64,000 nt of DNA from Clostridia bacterium (lineage in GTDB: Bacteria; Bacillota; Clostridia; Oscillospirales; Acutalibacteraceae): NCBI GenBank assembly GCA_017631955.1, contig JAGBSJ010000005.1, positions 18,688 through 82,687 on the forward strand. The letters are read 5' to 3'. The notes below the pieces were generated by a model. The model had not been told where the DNA came from, did no database searches, and worked only from the letters and a program-made list of their open reading frames with translations. The translations under genes were made by a program, and so were the position numbers. Shown here in pieces: positions 60,317 through 64,000 of this stretch. Position 1 is the stretch's first letter. Each line of letters begins with the position of its first letter.

Positions 60317-61372
60317 TTATCTTATTTGTAAAACAGCAGATTCATTACCGCCTACATACTGCTTAATCTTCAAAGCGTCTGTACCTGAAAGAACTGCATC
60401 ATTATCTGCATCTGCAGCACTTAAGTTTACCTCTTCACTAATTCTTGCGATATTACCACCTGCATATTGCTTGATATAGAGAGCGTCTGTGCCCGAAAGA
60501 ACACCATCACCATCCACATCGCCAAAAATGATAACTGTATATGTATCAATTACTGCGCCACTTGAATTTTTTACATTAATTGTAGCACCTGTGCCGTTTT
60601 TATAGCCCGCTGAATTGGCAACAAGTTCAAGGGTGCCGTTTTTAACTGTAAAATAGGTTTCTATATCTGTACCAGGGGTAATTCCATAAACATATTTGTT
60701 TTCTTTGTCAATTACAGGGGATTTGCCGTCTTTAGCGATAAGCTCTGCATCACCATCCACAATCATAATTGAAGATGAAGCACTTTCAAGATTCACGTTT
60801 TCAACATTTTCAGGGATTGATGTTATTTTTGTTCCGCTAGTTGTTGTACCAAAATACAACATACCTGCAACATTATCTTCTGTTTTTGCTGATTCAGTAA
60901 TGCATTTTATAAGAGCATTACCTGTCATATCTGTCTTTGCAGTAATTGTAAACATGAGAATTGTCGCTTCTTCAACGGTTGCAACTGTATCATTTGCACC
61001 GCCAATATATGTAACAAGAACAAAACCGTATTTTGAACTATCAATTTCTGTGTTTGCATATATTTTTGAACTGTCAGTTGCAGTTGCATCAGTTGTTACA
61101 TTCGATATGGCATAATCAGTAAGTGTTGCAGTAATATTGCTTACACTAACCAGTGTCTTATCATAAAACACTGGTATTGATGCGGTAGCAACAGGGAAGT
61201 TAGTGGTTGATTTTACTGTTACTGTTGCAGTTTCACCTGCTGAAAGTTCAGTTTTATCAATAGTAATTGAAACTGAAGCGCTATTTGTATTCGCAACTGT
61301 ACCTACTATAAAAGCAGATATAATTAAAACCGCCGCCACAACTATTGCGATTATTTTGTTTTTATTTTTCAT
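60317..61372 (-). CDS. Secreted or anchored adaptor protein: cohesin-like module, conserved X module and C-terminal dockerin
   Basis: Signal/anchor IIAIVVAAVLIISAFIVG. Cohesin-like SITIDKTELSAGETATVTVKS...IPVFYDKTLVSV...ILMFTITAK. Dockerin repeats DVDGDGVLSGTDALYIKQY and DADNDAVLSGTDALKIKQY. Confidence 0.75.
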   Translation of the reverse strand: MKNKNKIIAIVVAAVLIISAFIVGTVANTNSASVSITIDKTELSAGETATVTVKSTTNFPVATASIPVFYDKTLVSVSNITATLTDYAISNVTTDATATDSSKIYANTEIDSSKYGFVLVTYIGGANDTVATVEEATILMFTITAKTDMTGNALIKCITESAKTEDNVAGMLYFGTTTSGTKITSIPENVENVNLESASSSIMIVDGDAELIAKDGKSPVIDKENKYVYGITPGTDIETYFTVKNGTLELVANSAGYKNGTGATINVKNSSGAVIDTYTVIIFGDVDGDGVLSGTDALYIKQYAGGNIARISEEVNLSAADADNDAVLSGTDALKIKQYVGGNESAVLQIR

Positions 61373-61402
61373 TACAACCGCCCCTGAACATTATTTGATT
61401 TC

Positions 61403-61431
61403 ATTTTACCATTTTATTTTATTTATTGCAA
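61403..61431 (-). promoter_or_regulatory. Sigma-A-type promoter for the 60317-61372 gene
   Basis: Minus strand TTGCAA (61426-61431), 17 nt, TAAAAT (61403-61408). Confidence 0.45.
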
Positions 61432-61541
61432 TACTCAAATAGCAAACGAAAAGAGTTTTGTAAATTTGAGTTTGTAGGTATAAGTGCAAAATAGAAAGTG
61501 GAAAACGGAAAACGAAGGAACTGCGTTGCAATTTATATATT

Positions 61542-61651
61542 GCCTCCCTCTGACGAGGGCACGGGCATCCGGTGGATGCCGAATTAGCGCTGTCTGAGCC
61601 GGCAGGCGAGTAATGAGGTGGCAACGCGTTAGCGTTGACGGAGGGAGATAT
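61542..61651 (+). repeat. GC-rich structured repeat, copy B, with a 56-nt nested insertion
   Basis: CCTCCCTC tgac GAGGG [cacgggcatccggtggatgcc...gcgagtaatg] AGGTGGCA acgcgttagcgt TGAC GGAGGGAG. It is collinear with copy A apart from the insertion (61560-61615, containing hairpin GGCATCCggtGGATGCC) and a different second hairpin. Confidence 0.8.
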
Positions 61652-61672
61652 AGTTAATATATAAACTTACTA

Positions 61673-61716
61673 CCCCTCAGTCAACTTCGTTGACAGCTCC
61701 CCTGACAAGGGGAGCC
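61673..61716 (-). repeat. GC-rich structured repeat, copy C (sister variant, opposite orientation)
   Basis: Plus strand CCCCTCAG TCAACttcGTTGA CA GCTCCCCT gaca AGGGGAGC. The reverse complement has the same S / loop / S' / TG / hairpin / TGAC / GAGGG order as copies A and B. Confidence 0.75.
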
Positions 61717-61780
61717 AAATATATGCCTTTAATGAACTAGACAAACTATAATTTGTGAAACAGAACAAAATATATAGACT

Positions 61781-61815
61781 CCCAACGAAAAGGATTATTC
61801 TCGTTGGGCTTTTTG
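61781..61815 (+). other. Plus-strand terminator-like hairpin with no plus-strand gene
   Basis: CCCAACGA (61781-61788) pairs with TCGTTGGG (61801-61808), followed by CTTTTTGC. Confidence 0.4.
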
Positions 61816-61877
61816 CTAAAAGACAAAAATTATAGATTCATAATATTAAAATCCATTTTACATTATGCTTTTTGCTA

Positions 61878-61900
61878 AAAACGATTCCCCGAATCGTTTT
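61878..61900. other. 10-bp A/T-armed hairpin
   Basis: AAAACGATTC ccc GAATCGTTTT. It is preceded by GCTTTTTGCTAAAA, which also occurs at 61808-61821. Confidence 0.5.
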
Positions 61901-61908
61901 CTTAACGC

Positions 61909-61936
61909 AAAAAACCCGAGGGGGTTACCCTCGGGG
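61909..61936 (-). terminator. Strong rho-independent terminator of the 39-codon ORF
   Basis: Minus strand CCCGAGGG taacc CCCTCGGG followed by TTTTTT (plus-strand A-run 61909-61914). Confidence 0.85.
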
Positions 61937-61961
61937 AAAAATATTTTTTTCTAGAAACGGA

Positions 61962-62081
61962 TTAGCCGTTCCAACCGTCATTACCACCGTCGACTGCGCC
62001 TTCACCGATTGAAAGAGTAATAACATCTTCAATCTCGTAAACTGTCACATCGAAATCTGGTGTCATATATTCACGTGTCAT
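61962..62081 (-). CDS. Untracked small ORF, 39 aa, acidic: MTREYMTPDFDVTVYEIEDVITLSIGEGAVDGGNDGWNG (candidate RiPP precursor-like peptide)
   Basis: Manual translation. ATG at complement 62079-62081, AAAGGAG 11 nt upstream, TAA at 61962-61964, and a strong terminator about 25 nt downstream. It lies 72 nt after the 399-aa cohesin-like gene with no intervening terminator. Confidence 0.55.
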   Translation of the reverse strand: MTREYMTPDFDVTVYEIEDVITLSIGEGAVDGGNDGWNG

Positions 62082-62153
62082 ATTCGTGTTAACTCCTTTC
62101 AAATAAGTACATTATAAATTAATAATTGTTTTAATCTCAAAAACTAATAGAGA

Positions 62154-63353
62154 TTATTTGTATTGATTATATAATGCACCTACATTAAGAGTTGCATCGT
62201 AATATGCGTATGCTGTTTCACCGTCAGCGTTTTCATAGATAACATAGCCAAGACCATAAAGAGTTGCTGCTTTGTTAGCGTCGGTATCAGCAATGTTAGA
62301 AACGAAGCATGCGAATGCATAATCTGTGCCTTCGAATGTTGTTGAAACGTAACAGTCTTTAACCTGTGAGTATACTACTTCTCCGCCTTCAACCTGAGCT
62401 TTAGCAGCTTCAACGTCCATTACTTCACTGTTTGTGAAGACATAACCAACGTCAGTAATCTTTGCTTTAGCATCATTAAGGTCAGCAAAAATCTCTTCGA
62501 AGTTATCAAACTGACCAACAATACGATAGTCAAACTGGTTAGCATAAACGCCTTCCTTGTCAAGGTCGAATCTAATCTGGTTCTTGAACCAGCTAACTGA
62601 AAGTTCAGGAGCTGCTGGAGCTGTGTATGTGTAATCAGGTGTTAAGATATCAGATACTGGCAAAATATTAACTGGGTTTGACGCTGTCATTGAGAAGAAT
62701 TTTCCTGCAACTGGAGTTGAGTCATAACCAATTGATTTTGAGTCCTGAATTGATGTACCTGCACCAAATGAGAACTGTGCGCCTTCTACGTCAGCTACAA
62801 GAGCTTTGAAGTAAATTTCGCAGAATCCTTCATTTTCCATTGTACCTGGCATCAATGTTTTGTCGCCAATTTCGTATGTTAAAAGAACTGTACCTGATGC
62901 TTTATAGTCAGCCTTAAGTTCAAAAGAACCTGTTTTGTGGCCACCACCGTAGTACTGACCACGGCTTGTTACAACATTACCTGCAGAGTTGTACATGTTT
63001 GTGTCTGTAAGCTGTCCCAATGGGAAAATTGCAACTGTTGGGAATTCAGGGTCACAAACATATTCGTAGTTGATGCTACCATTGTTTGAGTCAACTGGAG
63101 CAAACAAACTGTCATCATAGTTAACGTCCATAATAACAGTAGCCATTCTACAGTCTGATGTTAAGTTGATAGTTAATTTGTAAATACCAGCGTCCTCTGA
63201 TTTTACGCCAGCCTCGTCAACCTCACCAACAACAGGTGCTAAACTCATTTCGAATTTTACATTAACATCTGCTGCACTAGTTGGAATAACAAGAGCTGTA
63301 CACATTAAAACCAAAGCTAACGCAATTGAAAAAATGCGCATTGCTTTTTTCAT
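62154..63353 (-). CDS. Secreted protein with N-terminal cohesin-like module and unknown C-terminal domain (no dockerin)
   Basis: Signal peptide MKKAMRIFSIALALVLMCTALVIPTSA. VNVKFEMSLAPVVGEV...ATVIMDVNYDDSLFAPV...FCEIYFKALVADVEGAQFSF resembles the cohesin beta-sandwich pattern. RBS AGGAGG. Confidence 0.55.
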   Translation of the reverse strand: MKKAMRIFSIALALVLMCTALVIPTSAADVNVKFEMSLAPVVGEVDEAGVKSEDAGIYKLTINLTSDCRMATVIMDVNYDDSLFAPVDSNNGSINYEYVCDPEFPTVAIFPLGQLTDTNMYNSAGNVVTSRGQYYGGGHKTGSFELKADYKASGTVLLTYEIGDKTLMPGTMENEGFCEIYFKALVADVEGAQFSFGAGTSIQDSKSIGYDSTPVAGKFFSMTASNPVNILPVSDILTPDYTYTAPAAPELSVSWFKNQIRFDLDKEGVYANQFDYRIVGQFDNFEEIFADLNDAKAKITDVGYVFTNSEVMDVEAAKAQVEGGEVVYSQVKDCYVSTTFEGTDYAFACFVSNIADTDANKAATLYGLGYVIYENADGETAYAYYDATLNVGALYNQYK

Positions 63354-63367
63354 GTGGAAAGACCTCC

Positions 63368-64000
63368 TTATCTTGCCTGTGAAACTGCAGATGCATTACC
63401 ACCTGCGAACTGTTTAATCTTCAACGCATCTGTACCTGATACTGATGTGTCGTTATCTGCGTCAGCTGCAAGTAAGTTAGCTTCTTCAGAAATTCTGCCA
63501 GCATTACCACCTGCATACTGTTTGATGTAAAGTGCGTCTGTACCTGAAAGAGCACCGTCGCCGTCAACGTCACCGAATACTACGAGTATGTATTCACCAA
63601 CAACGTTATCGCTCTTATCTTTAACTACAAGAGTTGCACCTGTACCATTTGTTTTACCTGTTGCATTTGCTACAACTTCAATAGAACCTGTATCGTTTGT
63701 TGTGAAGTATTTGTCAACGTCTGTTGCGCCAACTTCAATACCATAAACGAAACCTGTTGACATGTCAGCGCCTTCTTCAGTAGTATCCTTAACGAGACCA
63801 CCGTCAACGCCTTCAAATTCAACGTCTGTTACTGCTTTTTCGAAGTTTGCCATAGCTGCTACAAGAGCTGCGTTAGCTGCGTCAACTTTTGCCTTGTTAC
63901 CAGCTTTATTTGGACGGTCATTTTCTGAGTATTCAAGAGCTGAATCAGCATAGAGGTTGAACATCATTGGTGTGCCGTCGTCATTAACCTTAAGTTCGCC
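63368..64000 (-). CDS. C-terminal part of a dockerin-bearing protein (X module plus dockerin); N-terminus lies beyond the window
   Basis: The frame stays open upstream of the ORF-track Met to position 64000 (GELKVNDDGTPMMFNLY). Dockerin repeats DVDGDGALSGTDALYIKQY and DADNDTSVSGTDALKIKQF. The X module is paralogous to that of the 60317-61372 protein. Confidence 0.8.
   Translation of the reverse strand, partial: GELKVNDDGTPMMFNLYADSALEYSENDRPNKAGNKAKVDAANAALVAAMANFEKAVTDVEFEGVDGGLVKDTTEEGADMSTGFVYGIEVGATDVDKYFTTNDTGSIEVVANATGKTNGTGATLVVKDKSDNVVGEYILVVFGDVDGDGALSGTDALYIKQYAGGNAGRISEEANLLAADADNDTSVSGTDALKIKQFAGGNASAVSQAR

Noticed and set aside
61406-61624. 72-aa minus-strand ORF (MPPHYSPAGSDSANSASTGCPCPRQREAIYKL...).
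   Set aside because: It is a read-through of repeat copy B and the promoter region of the next gene. It has no RBS, and its composition is dictated by the GC-rich repeat. This is the typical spurious ORF generated by this repeat family.

Overview
AT-rich Clostridia-type chromosome segment. Cohesin and dockerin genes, the LL-DAP lysine route, a YtvI-like gene and mreBCD-PBP2 suggest a Ruminococcus-like Oscillospiraceae; that placement is inference. About 52 tightly packed protein genes, mostly housekeeping: gltX-glnS, prfB, proBA, pnp-rpsO, mreBCD-mrdA, argS-ddl, rsmA-cca, glgP, ahcY, galU, a hom-lysC-guaB-glyA-dapF-dapL array, recG, ymdB and rny. I saw no rRNA, tRNA, CRISPR, transposase or phage genes. 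CDS coordinates include the stop codon. Several ORF-track starts were moved to the first start codon with a Shine-Dalgarno. Three parts stand out. (1) Left end: a tight operon of a LysM-G5-M23 peptidase, an HPr-kinase-like P-loop protein, a PqqD-like RiPP-recognition protein and an ABC exporter. It has no cyclase, radical-SAM enzyme or visible precursor, and is followed by a fused Wzz/BY-tyrosine kinase with a perfect (Gly-Tyr)x10 tail. (2) Right end: a cohesin/dockerin gene cluster carrying an untracked 39-codon ORF with its own RBS and strong terminator; the peptide has lasso-precursor-like features. (3) Three copies of a GC-rich structured intergenic repeat with alternative pairing potential. 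Lesser items: a 27-Cys protein, an exported C-terminally anchored amidase-signature enzyme, and a CpsB-type phosphatase coupled to a YtvI-like permease 50 kb from the kinase. All functional calls come from reading motifs by eye; no database search was possible.
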